Made by a program: the position numbers and the translations under genes
Assembly: GCA_052327205.1 (NCBI GenBank)
Contig: CM126205.1
Span: 212,040,001-212,104,000 of the forward strand
From: Somniosus microcephalus
Taxonomy: Eukaryota
Length of the DNA stretch: 64,000 nucleotides
Direction: 5' to 3'
Shown: positions 1-13,598 of the stretch, piece after piece
Numbering within the stretch: the stretch's first letter is position 1
How the letters are laid out: every line of letters starts with the position of its first letter
The notes under the pieces: generated by a model
The model's database searches: none
What the model was told of the DNA's origin: nothing
The model's input: only the letters and a program-made list of their open reading frames with translations

Positions 1-3000
1 CCCTCAACCTCGATCTCCAGCCTCCCCTCAAACCCGATCTCCAACATCCCTTCAACCCCAATCTCCAAGCTCCCTTCAAACCTTATCTCCAGCCTCCTGT
101 TAACCCCATTCTCCAACTTCCCCTCAACCCCAATCTCCAACCTCCCTTCAACCACAACCTCCAACCTCCGTTCAACGTCAATCACCAGCCTCCCTTCAAC
201 CCCAAACTCCAGCCTTCCCTCAACCCCGATCTCCAACCTTACCTGAACCCCAATCTCCAACCTCTACTCAACCCCAATCTCCAAACTCCCCTCAACCACA
301 AACTCCAGCCTCCCATCATACGCGATCTCCAAACTCCTCAAACACGATCTCCAGCCTCCCCTCAACCCCGATCTCCAGCCGCCCTTCAACGCCGATCTCC
401 ATCCTCCCCTCAACAACGATCTCCAGATTCCCCACAACCCCAATCTCCAGCCTCCACTCAATACCAATCTCCAAAGTCCCCTCAACCTCAATCTCTAGCC
501 TACTCTCAACCCCAATCTCCAACCTTCCCTGAACCCCAATCTCCAGCCTCCCCTCAACCCCTATCTCCCACCTCCCCTGAACCCCAATCACCAACATCCC
601 CTCAACACCGATCTCCAAACTCCTCTACACCAATCTCCAAACTCCCCTCAACCCCAATCTCCAGCCCCCCTCAACTCCAATCTCCAGCCTCCCCTCCACC
701 CCAATCTCCAACCTCCCTTCAAAACCGATCTGCAGCCTCCCCTCAAGCACGATCTCCAACCTCCCTTCAACCCCGATCTCCAGCATCCCCTCCAACCGAT
801 CTCCTACCTCCCCTCAACCCCGATCTCCAGCCTCCCCTCAACCCCAATCTCCAGCCCCACCTCAAACCCGATCTCCAGCCTCCACTCAACCCCAATCTCC
901 AACCTCCCTTCAACCCCAATCTCCAACCTCCCTTCAACCCCAATCTCCAGCCTCTCTTGAACTCCGATCTCAAGCCTCCCTTCAATTCATATCGCCAGCC
1001 TACCCTCAACTCCAATCTCCAATCTTCCTTCAACACCAATCTCCAGCCTCCCTTCAACCCCAATCTCCAACCACCCCTCAACCCCTATCTCCAAACTCCC
1101 CTTAACCCCAATCCCCACCCTCCCTTCAACCCCAAACTCCAGCCTCTCATGAACCCCGATCTCAAGCCTCCCTTGAAGCCAGATCTCCAGTCTCCACTCA
1201 AGCCCAAGCTCCAACCTCCCTTCAACCCCAATCTCCAGCCTCCCTTCAACTCCAATCTCCAACCTCCCTTCAACCCCAACCTCCAGCCTCTCTTGAACCC
1301 TGATCTCAAGCCTCCCTTCAAGCCAGATCTCCAACCTCCCCTCAACCCCGATCTCCAGCCTCCTCCAGCCCCAATCTCCAAACTCCCCTCAATTCCGATC
1401 TCCAACCTCCCTTCAAATGCGATCTCCAACCTCCCCTCAACCCCCACCTCCAGCCTCCAATCAACCCCAATCTCCAACCTCCACTTAAACCCAATCTCCA
1501 GCCTCCTCTCAACCCCGCTCTCCAGCCTCCTCTCAACCCCAATCTCCAACCTCCCATCAACCCCGATCTCCAACCTCCCATCAACCCCGATCTCCAACCT
1601 CCACTAAACCTTGAACTCCAGAATCCCTTCAACACCGATCTCCAACGTCCCCTCACCCACAATCTCCAACCTCCCCTCAACCGCAATCTGCAACCTCTCC
1701 TCAACCCTGATTTCCAACCTCCCTTCAACTCCGATCTCCAGCTTCCCCTCAACCCCGATCTCCAACCGACCCTCAACCCCGATCTACAACCTCCTCTCAA
1801 CCCTGATCTCCAGCCTCCCTTCAACCCCGAACTCCAGCCACCCCTCTACCCCAATCTCCAATTCCCCCTCAACAGCAATCCCCAGCCTCCCCTCAACACT
1901 GTTCTCCAATCTCCCCTGAACCCCAATCTCCAGCCTCCTCCAGCCCCGATCTCCAATCTCCCCTCAATCCCGATCTCCAACCTCCCTACAAATGCGATCT
2001 CCAACCTCCCTTGAAATGCGATCTCCAACCTCCCCTCAACCCCGAACTCCAGCCTCCAATCAACCCCAATCACCAAACTCCCCTCAACCCCGATCTCCGA
2101 CCTCCCCTCAACACCGGTCTCCAACCTCCACTTAAACCCAATCTCCAGCCTCCTCTCAATCCCGATCTCCAACCTCCACTCAACCGTGAACTCCGGGCTC
2201 CCTTCAACACCGATCTCCAACCTCCCTTCAAACCCAATCTCCAGCCTCCCCTCAACCACAATCTCCAACTTCCCCGCAACCCTGACCTCCAACCTCCTAT
2301 CAACCCTAATCTCCAGCCTCCCATCAACCCCAATCTCCAACCTCCCCTCAACCCCAATCTCTAACCTCCCCTCAGCCCCGATCTCCAGCCGCCCTTCAAA
2401 CCCAATATTCCAACCTCCCTCAACCAAAAACTCCAACCTCCCTTCAATCCCGATGTCCAGCCTCATTTCAACCCCAATCTCCAACCTGCGCTCAACCCCA
2501 ATCTCCAAACTCCACTCAACCCTGATCTCCAACATCCCCTCACCCCCGATCTCCAGCCTCCCATCAACCCCAATCTCCAGCCTCCTCCAGCCATAATCTC
2601 CAGCCCCACTTCAACCCCAATCTCCAACCTCCCCTCAACCCCAATCTCCAGCCTCTGCTCAACCCCAATCTCCAAACTCCCCTCAACCACGATCTCCAAA
2701 CTCCCTTGAAACTCAATCGCTAACCACCCCTCAACCTCGATCACCAGCCTCCCCTTAACCACAATCTCCAGCCTCCCGTCAACCCTGATCTCCAGCCTCC
2801 CCTGAACACCAATCTCCAACCTCCCCACTACCCCGATCTCCAAACTCTCTTCAAACTCAATCACCAACCTCTCCTCAACCTCGATCGCCAGCCTCACCTT
2901 AACCCCAATCTCCAGCCTCCCATCAACCCCGATCTCCAGCCTCCCCTCAGCACCAATCTCCAACATCCCTTCAACCCCGATCTCCAAGCTCCCTTCAACT

Positions 3001-6000
3001 CCAATCTCCATCCTCCCCTCAACCCCAAACTCCAACCTCCCTTCAACCTGGATCTCCAAACTCCCATCAACCCCAATCTCCAACCTCCCCTCAACCCCAA
3101 TCTCCAGCCTCCCGTCAACCCTGATCTCCAGCCTCCCTTCAACCCCAGTTTGCAACTTCCCCAACACCCCGATCTCCAACCTCCCCTCAACACCAATCTC
3201 CCGCCTCCTCCAGCCCCGAATTCCAACCACCCCTCAACACCAATCTCCAAACTCCCTTCAAACACGATCGCCAACCTCACCTCAACCTCGATCTCCAGCC
3301 TCCCATCTACACCAATCTCCAAGCTCCGCTCAAACACAATCTCCAACCTCCCCTCAACCCCGTTCTCCAGCCTCCCCTCACCCCCGATCTCCAGCCTCCC
3401 CTCAACCCCAATTTCCAACCTCCCTTCAACACCAATCTCCAACCTCCCTTCAACCCCAATCTCCAGCCTCCCTTCAACCCCAACCTCCATTCAACCACAA
3501 TCTCCAGCCTGCCTTCAACTCCGATCTCCAGACTCCCTTCAACCCCGATCTCCAGCTTCCCCTGAACCCCGAACTCCAACCTCCCTTCAACCCCAATCTC
3601 CATCCACCCTTCAACCCCGATCTCCAACCTCCCCTCAACCCCAAACTCCAACCTCCCTTCAACCCCAATCTCCAACCTCCCTTCAAACCCGATTTCCAAT
3701 CTCCCCCAACTCCCATCTCCAGCCTCCCTTCAACCCCGATCTCCAACCACCCCTAAACCCCGATCTCCAGCATCCCCTCAACCGTGATGTCCAGACTCCC
3801 CTCAACTCAATCTTCAACCTCCACTCAACTCCAATCTCATACCAGCATTAAACCCGATCTCCAACCTCCCCTCAACCCCGATCACCAGCCTCCCTTCAAA
3901 CCCACTCTCCAACCTGCACTCAACTCCAATCTCCAACCTCCCATCAACCCCCACTGCCAGCCTCTCTTGAACCCCGATCTCAAACCAACCTTCAAGCCTG
4001 ATCTACAGCCTCCCCTCCACCCCAATCTCCAACCGCCCCTCAACCTCAATCTCCAGCCTCCCATCTACCCCGATCTCAAACCTCCCTTCAACCCGAATCT
4101 CCAGCCTCCCCTCAACACTGATCACCAACCTCCCCTCAACCCCGATCTCCAACCTCCCCTTAACCACAATCTCCACCCTCCCTACAACCCCAATCTCCAG
4201 CCTCTCTTGAACCCCGATCTCAGCCTCCCTTCAAGCCAGATCTCCAATCTCCCCTCAAGCCCAATCTCCAGCCTCTTTTGAACCCTGATCTCAAGCCTCC
4301 CTTCAAGCCAGATCTCCAGCCTCCCCTCAATCCCAATCTCCAACCTCCCCTCAACAGCAATTCTCAGCCACCCCTCAACTCTGTTCTCCAACCTCCCTTC
4401 AAACGCGATCTCCAACCTCGCTTCAAACGCGATCTCCAACCTCACCTCAACCCCGACCTCCAGCCTCCAATCAACCCCGATCACCAACCACCCCTCAACC
4501 CCGATCTCCAGCCTCACCTCAACCCAATCTCCAACCTCCCATCAACCCCAATCTCCAACCTCCACTCAACCTTGAACTCCAGAATCCCTTCAACACCGAT
4601 CTCCAACGTCCCCTCAACCACAATCTCCAAACTCTGCTCAACCGCAATCTGCAACCTCTCCTCAACCCTGATTTCCAACCTCCCTTCAACCCCAATCTCC
4701 AGCCTCCCCTCAACCCTGATCTCCAACCTACCCTCAAACCCGATCTCCAACCTCCCCTCAACCCCAATCTCCAGCCTCCCCTCAACCCCGACCTCCAACC
4801 TCCCATCAACCCCAATCTCCAACCTCCCCTTAACTCCAATCTCCACCCTCCCTTCAACCCCAATCTCCAGCCTCTCTTGAACCCTGATCTCAAGCCTCCC
4901 TTCAAGCCAGATCTCCAGCCTCCCCTCATGCCCAATCTCCAACCTGCTTCAACCCCAATCTCCAACCACCCTTCAAAGCCAATCTCCAGCCTCCCTTCAA
5001 CCCCAATCTCCAACCTCCCTTCAACCCCAACCTCCAGCCTCTCTTGAACCCTGAACTCCAGCCTCCCTTCAAGCCAGATCTCCAGCCTCCCCTCAACCCC
5101 AATCTCCAACCTTCCCTCAACAGCAGTCCCCAGCCTCCCCTCAATACTGTTCTCCAACCTCCCTTCAAACCCGATCTCCAGGTTCCTCCAGCCCCCATCT
5201 CCAAACTCCCCTCAATCCCGATCTCCAACTTCCCTTCAAACGCGATCACCAACCTCCCTTCAAATGCGATCTCCAACCTCCCCTCAACCCCGACCTCCAG
5301 CCTCCAATCAACCCCGATCACCAACCTCCCCTCAACCCCGATCTCCAACCTCCCCGCAATACCGATCTCCAGCCTTCCCTCAACCCCGATCTCCAATCTC
5401 CACCTAAACCCAATCTCCAGCCACCTCTCAAACCCGATCTCCAGCCTCATGTCAACCCCAATCTCCAACCTCACATCAACCCTGATCTCCAAACTCCACT
5501 CAACCTTGAACTCCAGACTCCCTTCAACACCGATCTCCAACGTCCCCTCAACCACAATCTCCAACCTCCCCTCAACCGCAATCTGCAACCTCTCCTCAAC
5601 CTTGATTTCCAACCTCCCTTCAACCCCGATCTCCAGCCTCCCCTCAAGCCCGATCTCCAACCTACCCTCAACCCTGATCTCCAACCTCCTCTCAACCCCG
5701 ATCTCCAGCGTCCCTTCAACCTCGATCTCCAGCCTCCCCTCAACCCCAATCTCTTACTTCCCCTCAACCCCGACCTCCAACCTCCCATCAACCCCAATCT
5801 CCAGCCTCCCCTCAACCCCAATCTCCAACCTACCCTCAACCCCGATCTCCAACCTCCTCTCAACCGCAATCTGCAACCTCTCCTCCACCCTGATTTCCAA
5901 CCTCCCTTCAACCCCGATCTCCAGCCTCCCCTCAACCCTGATCTCCAAACTACCCTCAACCCCGATCTACAACCTCCTCTCAACCGTGATCTCCAGCCTC

Positions 6001-9000
6001 CCTTCAACCCCGATTTCCAACCTCCCCTCAACCCCAATCTCCAGCCTCCCCTCAACCCCGACCTCCGACCTCCCATCAACCCCGATCTCCAACCTCCACT
6101 TAACTCCAATCTCCACCCTCCCTTCAACCACAATCTCCAGCCTCTCTTGAACCCCAATCTCAAGCCTCCCTTCAAGCCAGATCTCCAGCCTCCCCTCAAC
6201 CCCAATCTCCAACCTCCCTTCAACCCCAATCTCCAGCCTCCCTTCTACCCCAATCTCCAACCTCCCTTCAACCACAACCTCCAGCTTCTCTTGAACCCTG
6301 AACTCCAGCCTCCCTTCAAGCCAGATCTCCAGCCTCCCCTCAAACCCAATCTCCAACCTCCCCTCAACAGCAGTCCCCAGCCTCCCCTCAACTCTGTTCT
6401 CCAACCTCCCCTCAAACCCGATCTCCAGGTTCCTCCAGCCCCCATCTCCAAACACCCCTCAATCCCGATCTCCAACCTTCCTTCAAAGGCGATCTCCAAC
6501 CTCCCCTCAACCCCGACCTCCAGCCTCCAATCAATCCCAATCACCAATCTCCCCTCACCCCGATCTCCAACCTCCCGGCAACACCGATCTCCAGCCTTCC
6601 CTCAACCCCGATCTCCAAACTCCACCTAAACCCAATCTCCAGCCTTCCCTCAACACCGATCACCAAACTTCACCTAAACCCAATCTCCAGCCTCCTCTCA
6701 AACCCGGTCTCCAGCCTCATGTCAACCCCAATCTCCAACCTCCCATCAACCCTGATCTCCAAACTCCACTCAACCTTGAACTCCAGACTCCCTTCAACAC
6801 CGATCACCAACGTCCCCTCAACCACAATCTCCAACCTCCCCTCAACCGCAGTCTGCAACCTCTCCTCAACCTTGATTTCCAACCTCCCTTCAACCCCGAT
6901 CTCCAGCCTCCCCTCAACCCCGATCTCCAACCTACCCTCAACCCCGATCTCCAACCTCCTCTCAACCCCGATATCCAGCGTCCCTTCAAACTCGATCTCC
7001 AGCCTCCCCTCAACCCCAATCTCCAGCCTACCCTCAACCCCGATCTCCAACCTCCTCTCAACCCCAATCTCCAACCTCCCTTCAAACCTGATCTCCAGCC
7101 TCCCTTCAACCCCGATCTCCAACCAACCCTCAACCCCAATCTCTTACTTCCCCTCAACCCCGATCTCCAACCTGCCCTCAACCCCGATCACCAGCCTCCC
7201 CTCAACCCCAATCACCAGCCTCCCCTCAACCCCGATATCCAGCCTCCCCTCAACCCCGATCTCCAACCTCCTCCAGCCGTAATCTCCAGCCCCCCTTCAA
7301 CCCCAATCTCCAACCTGCCCTCAACCTCAATCTCCAACCTCCCCTCAGCCTCAATCTCCAGCCTCCCCTCAACCCCAATCTCCAACATCCCCTCAACCCC
7401 GATCTCCAACCTCCCCTCAACCGCAATCTCCAACCTCCCCTCAACCCCAATCTCCAAAGTCCCCTCAAACCCAATCTCCAGCCTCCGCTCAACCCCAATC
7501 TCCAAACTCCCCTCAGCCGCGATCTCCAAACTCCCTTCAAACTCAATCACCAACCTCCCCTCAACCTCGATCGCCAGCCTCCCCTTAACCCGAATCTCCA
7601 ACCTCCCGTCAACCCTGATCTCCAGCCTCACCTGAACACCAATCTCCAACCTCCCCTCAACCCCGATCTCCAAACTCCCTTCAAACTCAATTGCCAACCT
7701 CCCCTCAACCTCGATCGCCAGCCTACCCATAACACCAATTTCCAGCCTCCCGTCAACCCTGATCTCCAGCCTCCCCTCAACCCCAATCTCCAGCCTCTCT
7801 TCAAGCCCGATCTCAAGCCTCCCTTCAACCCCGATCGCCATCCTCCCCTCAACCCCAAACTCCAACCTCCCTTCAACCCCGATCTCCAGCCTCCCCTCAA
7901 CCCCGACCTCCAAACGCCCCTCAACCCTGATCTCCAGCCTCCCTTCAACCGCGATATCCAGCCACCCTTCAACCCGAATCTCCATACTCCCACCAACTCC
8001 AATCTCCAACCTCCCCTCAACCCCAATCTCCAGCCTCCCGTCAACCCTGATCTCCAGCCTCCCTTCAACACCAGTTTCCAACTTCCCCAACACCCCGATC
8101 TCCAACCTCCCCTCAACACCGGTCTCCCGCCTCCTCCAGCCCCGAATTCCAACCTCCCCTCAACACCAATCTCCAAACTCCCTTCAAATGTGATCGCCAA
8201 CCTCACCTCAACCTTGATCTCCAGCCTCCCATCTACCCCGATCTCCAAGCTCCGCTCAAGCCCAATCTCCAACCTCCCCTCAAGCCCGATCTCCAGCCTC
8301 CCCTCAACCCAAATTTTCAACCTCCCTTCAACACCTATCTCCGAACTCCCTTCAACCCCAATCTCCAGCCTCCCTTCAACCCCGATCTGCAGCCTCCCCT
8401 CAACTCCAAATTCCAACCGCCCTTCAACTCCAATCTCCAACCTCCCTTCAACCACAATCTCCAGCCTTCCTTCAACCCCGATCTCAAGAATCCCTTCAAC
8501 CCCAATCTCCAGCTTCCCCTCAACCCCGACCTCCAACCTCCCATCAACCCTGATCTCCATCCTTCCTTCAACCCCAATCTCCAAACTCCCCTCCAACCCA
8601 ATCTCCAACCTCCTCTCAACCCCAATCTCCAGCCTGCCTTTAACCCCAATCTCCAGCCAGCCCTCAACCCCAATCTCCAGCCTCCCCTCAACCCCAATCC
8701 CCAGCCTCTCTTCAAACCCGATCTCCAGCCTCCCCTCAACAACAATCTCCAAACTCCCTTCAACCCCACTCTCCAGCCTCCCTTCAACACCAATCTCCAA
8801 ACACCCCTCAACCCTGATCTCCAACTTCCCCTCAACCCTGATCTCCAACCTCCCCTCAACCCTGATCTGCAACTTCCCCTCAATCCCGATCTCCAGCCTC
8901 CCCTCAACCCTGACCTCCAACCTCCCCTCAATCTAGATTTCCAGCTTGCCTTCAACCTGGATCTCCAAACTCCCATCAACCCCAATCTCCATCCACCCTT

Positions 9001-10893
9001 CAACCCCGATCTCCAACCTCCCCTCAACCCCGAACCCCAACCTCCCTTCACCCCCAATCTCCAACCTCCCTTCAACTACAATCTCCAGCCTTCCTTCAAA
9101 CCTGATCTCCAGACTCCCTTCAACCCCGATCTCCAGCCTCCCTTCAACCCCGACCTCCAACCTCCCCTCAACCCTGATCTCCAGCCTCTTTTCAAACTCG
9201 ATCTACAGCCTCCCTTCAACCCGGATCTCCAAAATCCCATCAACACCAATCTCCATCCTCCCTTCAACCCCAATCTCCAACCAGCCCTCCAACCCGATCT
9301 CCAACCTCCTCTCAACACCAATCTCCAGCCTGCCTTCAACTCCAATGTCCAGACTGCCCTCAACCCCAATCTCCAACCTCCACTCAACCCCAATCTCCAG
9401 AATGCCCTCAAACCCAATCTCCAACCTCCCCTCAACCCCAATCCCCAGCCTCTCCTCAACACAAAATTCCAAACTCCCCTCAAACCCGATCTCCAGCCTC
9501 CCATCTACCCCGATCTCCAACTTCCCCTCAACCCCAATCTCCAGCCTCCCCTCAACCCTGAAATCCAACCTCCCCTCAACCCCGATCTCCAACCTCCCTT
9601 TACCCCCAATCTCCAGCCTCCCTTCAACCCCAATCTCCAGCCTCCCTTCATCCCCGATCTCCAACCACCCCTCAACCCTGATCTCCAACTTCCCCTCAAC
9701 CCCGATCTCCAACCTCCCCTCAACCCCGATCTCCAACCTCCCCTCAACCCCAATCTCCAACCTCCCCTCAACCCTGATCTGCAACTTCCCCTCAAGCCAG
9801 ATCTCCAGCCTCCCCTCAACCCCAATCCCCAGCCTCTCCTCAACCCCGATCTCCAAGCTCCCTTGAAATGCGATCTGCAACCTCCACTGAACCCCGATCT
9901 CCAGCCTCCCGTCTACCTCAATCTCCAGCCACCCTTCAACCCCGATCTCCAGCCTCCCTTCAACCCCAATCTCCAACCTCCCTTCAACATCAATCTCCAA
10001 CCACCCCTCCAACCCGATCTCCAACCTCCTCTCAACACCGATCTCCAGCCTGCCTACAACCCCAATCTCCAGATTGCCCTCAACTGCAATCTCCAACCTC
10101 GCCTCAACCCCAATCCCCAGCCTCTCCTCATCCCGAAATTCCAACATCGCCTGAACCCCGATCTGCAGCCTCCCCTTAACCCTGATCTCCAGCCTCCCCT
10201 CAACACCAATCTCCAACCTCTCTTCAACCCCAATCTCCAGCCTCCCTTCAACCCCGATCTCCAACCACCCCTCAACCCTGATCTCCAACTTCCCCTCAAC
10301 CCCGATCTCCAACCTCCCCACAACACTGATCTGCAACTTCCCCTCAAGCCAGATCTCCAGCCTCCCCTCAACCCCAATCACCAACCTCCCCTCAACCCCA
10401 ATCCCTAGCCTCTCCTCAACCCCAATCTCCAACCTCCCTTGAAATGCGATCTCCAACCTCCCCTGAACCCCAATCTCCAGCCTCCCGTCTACCCCGATCT
10501 CTAGCCGCCCTTCAACCCCGATCTCCAGCCTCCCTTCAACCCCAATCTCCAACCTCCATTCAACCACAACCTCCAGCCTCTCTTGAACCCCAATCTCAAG
10601 CCTCCCTTCAAGCCAAGTCTCCCTCTTCCCCTCAACCCCAATCTCCAACCACCCCTCAACCCCAATCCCCAGCCTCTCCTCAACCCCGATCTCCAACCTC
10701 CCTTGAAATGCGATCTCCAACCTCCCCTCAACCCCGATCTCCAGCCTCCCGTCTACCCCGATCTCCAGCCGCCCTTCAAACCCGATCTCCAGCCTCCCCT
10801 CAACTCCGATCTCCAACCTCCCCTCAACCTCGATCTCCAACCTACCTTCAAACCCGCTCTCCAACCTCCCCTCAACCCGATCTCCAACCTCCC
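1..10893. repeat. Giant 24-bp C-rich minisatellite, consensus ~AACCCCRATCTCCARCCTCCCYTC; begins before the window
   Basis: Continuous tandem units. ORF translations repeat every 8 aa (LEIGVEGR, PSTPISNL, QPPLNPDL), i.e. a 24-nt period. G is scarce on the + strand. Confidence 0.97.
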
Positions 10894-10939
10894 CCCAGTG
10901 CTCCTGCTCCTCGCCTGCCCACAGCCCTCCCGATCACCG

Positions 10940-11190
10940 ATGGGCTGAGAGAGGCTGGTGTTCAGGAGGGCTGGGGGGGAGGCTGTGATCAGGAGGGCTG
11001 TGGGGAGGCTGGTGATCGGGATGGCTGAGGGGAGGCTGCGATCTTGAGGGTTGGTGGGAAGCTGGTAATCAGGATGGCTGGGGGGAGGCTGCGATTGGGA
11101 GGGCTGGGGGGAGGCTGATGATCGGGAGGGCTGGGGGGGGCATCGATCGGGAGGGTTGGGGGGAGGCTGGTAATCAGGATGGCTGGTTGG
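10940..11190 (-). repeat. Short G-rich tandem array (~26-27 bp unit GATCGGGAGGGCTGGGGGGAGGCTGGT), an inverted relative of the main minisatellite
   Basis: The reverse complement of the unit (ACCAGCCTCCCCCCAGCCCTCCCGATC) shares CCAGCCTCCCC and CCCGATC with the 24-mer. About 9 units. Confidence 0.75.
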
Positions 11191-11689
11191 AGGTCATAAT
11201 CCTTGATACTTCCTTGAGGGGCCTGGGGGTGAGGGGGGGGGGCACTCCTGCTCCTCGTGGTCCACAGGGAGTGCTAAAAGAGCTGGCAGCTCCCACCTAG
11301 GATAAACTGCCGGGAGACCCACATGTTAGGCCTCCCTGTCACTTACAGTTAAAGTTAAGTCGCGGCGCCAATGTTGCGACTATTGTATGTTAATTAGGGC
11401 CCTGCCTGCCTTTTGGGGAAGCCTTGTCCATGGCCTGATTTCTGCGCTTTAAAATTTAAAGGGGAGGGAATGGGGTAGGTTTGGAGTCGGGTTGCCCAAT
11501 TCTGATATTTTAATGCCCCTCCCCCCTCACCCCGACCATGTCCTGCCCATCAGGGAGAGATTAAAATTGAGGCTATTGTTTCCGAAGAGATTAGCTTTGA
11601 ATTTACCGCCCTTCAAGCGCGGGCCATGTCCTCTGGTTCTATTGTTCTGACAAGGTGAAATAGCTTGTCATGACTTTCTATAACTGACT

Positions 11690-11950
11690 TAAAAAAATAT
11701 CTATTTGTTCTTGAGGCGTGGGTAGCACAGGCAAGGGATTGGAGTCATATGTAGGCCAGATCATATAAAGTTGGCAGGTCCCTTCCTGAAGGCTGGTCAT
11801 GAACTAGTTGGGTTTTTACAGCAATTCAGCTTTTTTTCCCTTCTTTTACCAGTGCTAGCCCTCAAATTACTGGATTTATATAATTGAATTTCATAATTTA
11901 CCATGGTGGGATTGTGAACTCGAGCCCCAAAGTTGCCAGTCTATTACTAT
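11690..11950 (-). mobile_element. Degraded tRNA-derived SINE remnant
   Basis: CCATGGTGGGATTGTGAACTC resembles an antisense tRNA B-box head. The left end resembles the LINE 3' tail at 39360. Confidence 0.4.
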
Positions 11951-12821
11951 AATCACTAGGCTACAATATCCACTCTGTATAGGTGCATGCATAGTCTATT
12001 TGCTTTATTAATACCCCAAAAAGGCTTATATTGCATTACGAAAGAGGAAAATAAACAGTACTTTTGTTCTTTAAAATATAATTATTATCTCAATGGCAAT
12101 GTTGATGGATCCCCCAGGAACAACAAGTAATTATTTTCTTGCCTTTTAAGTCTTTGTGGTTCCATTGAAATGCTCTCAGACACAAATAAGCACAAGATGA
12201 AATATTTCTGCAAAATACAGAAACAGATGGCAATTTTTACGTTATTATTCTAGGTTGAGAACCCTTACATTCCTCCTGGATAAGGGAGTGTTTTATCATT
12301 TGCAAGTCTGAGCATGCATTTACTCTACAAGTTTAGCTTTGGTGCAAAACAATTTTAGCTTTACACTGGCATTAAACTTGTGCCGTATAAATGGGGTATT
12401 AATCTCAAACCAACTCCAAAAGGCATTGGAATAAGACTCTCTGCTTGAGAAAAATCTCACTCCATTTCGCTAAGATGTCCACTCCAGTCCTGACTTTGGG
12501 TTCAGGCTGTATTTTCTCTTTATCTGCTGTATTACTACGAAGTAAAACCACTTTGCATTAACACTACAGTCGTAGTGCAAAGTCACCAGTTATTGGAGAA
12601 TGGAGAGCATGGTTGTACAGGTCCATGGATGGCTCACATTAACATGGGTAAATAAATCATTGGAGGCTTGCAGTTCTCACCATACTATACCTCCCATAGG
12701 AATTGTCCAAGTTTGGATACCAACAACTGGTTAGGTCCTTGGTATACAGAATCTTTTTTACTATTCAGAGCTGGTAGTTGTGTCAATTTTGTCTTACGCC
12801 CTCTGGGTCTTTGACATCCAT

Positions 12822-13598
12822 CAACAACAACAACAACTTGTATTTATATAGCACCTTTAACGTAGTAAAACATCCCAAGACACTTCACAGGAGTATAAAA
12901 GAAGAAAATTTGACACCAAGCCACATAAGGAGAAATTAGGGCAGGTGACCAAAAGCTTGGTCAAAGAGGTAGGTTTTAAGGAGCGTCTTAAAGGAGGAAA
13001 GAGAGGTAGCAAGGCAGAGAGGTTTAGGCAGGGAATTCCAGAGCTTAAGGCCTAGGCAACAGAAGGCACGGCCACCAATGGTTGAGCAATTATAATCAGG
13101 GATGCTCAAGAGGGCAGAATTAGAGGAGCGCAGATATCTCGCAGGGTTGTGGGGCTGGAGGAAATTACAGAGATAGGGAGGGGCGGGGCCAAGGGGGGAT
13201 TTGAAAACAAGGATGAGAATTTTGAAATTGAGGCGTTGCTTAACCGGGAGCCAAAGTAGGTCAGCAAGCTCAGGAGTGATGGGCGAATGGGACTTGGTGC
13301 GAGTTAGGACACGGGCAGCTGAGTTTTGGATCACCTCAAGTTTACGTAGGGTAGAATGTGGGAGGCCAGCTAGGGGTGCGTTGGAATAGTCAAGTCTAGA
13401 GGTAACATAGGCGTGGATGAGGATTTCAGCAGCGGATGAGTTGAGGCAAGGACGGAGACGGGTGATGTTACGGAGGTGGAAATAGGCGGTCTTAGTTATG
13501 CTGCGGATATGTGGTCGGAAGCTAATTTCAGGGTCAAATATGAAACCAAGGCTGCAAACAGTGTGATTCAGCCTCAGACAGATGTTAGGGAGAGGAAT
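12822..13598 (-). mobile_element. L2-clade LINE, 5'-truncated 3' fragment
   Basis: ORF 12936-13334 (IQNSAARVLT...WLPVKQRLNFKILILVFK...GGRAF...LWNSLP...FKTLLKTYLF) is an L2 ORF2 C-terminus. The L2 3' end reads (CAA)n CTTGTATTTATATAGCACCTTT. Confidence 0.9.

Noticed and set aside
1-10893. CRISPR array or telomeric repeat
   Set aside because: No unique spacers, no cas genes and a vertebrate context. AACCCC is only part of the unit and there is no (TTAGGG)n.
1-10893. Human PRDM9 hotspot motif
   Set aside because: Units contain CCTCCCT but do not fit CCNCCNTNNCCNC, and PRDM9 specificity is lineage-specific.
264-11028. Dozens of long ORFs (up to 553 aa) on both strands, mucin- or extensin-like
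   Set aside because: By-product of a 24-bp unit that lacks stops in several frames. The ORFs overlap on both strands, shift frame at short units and mostly lack ATG starts.
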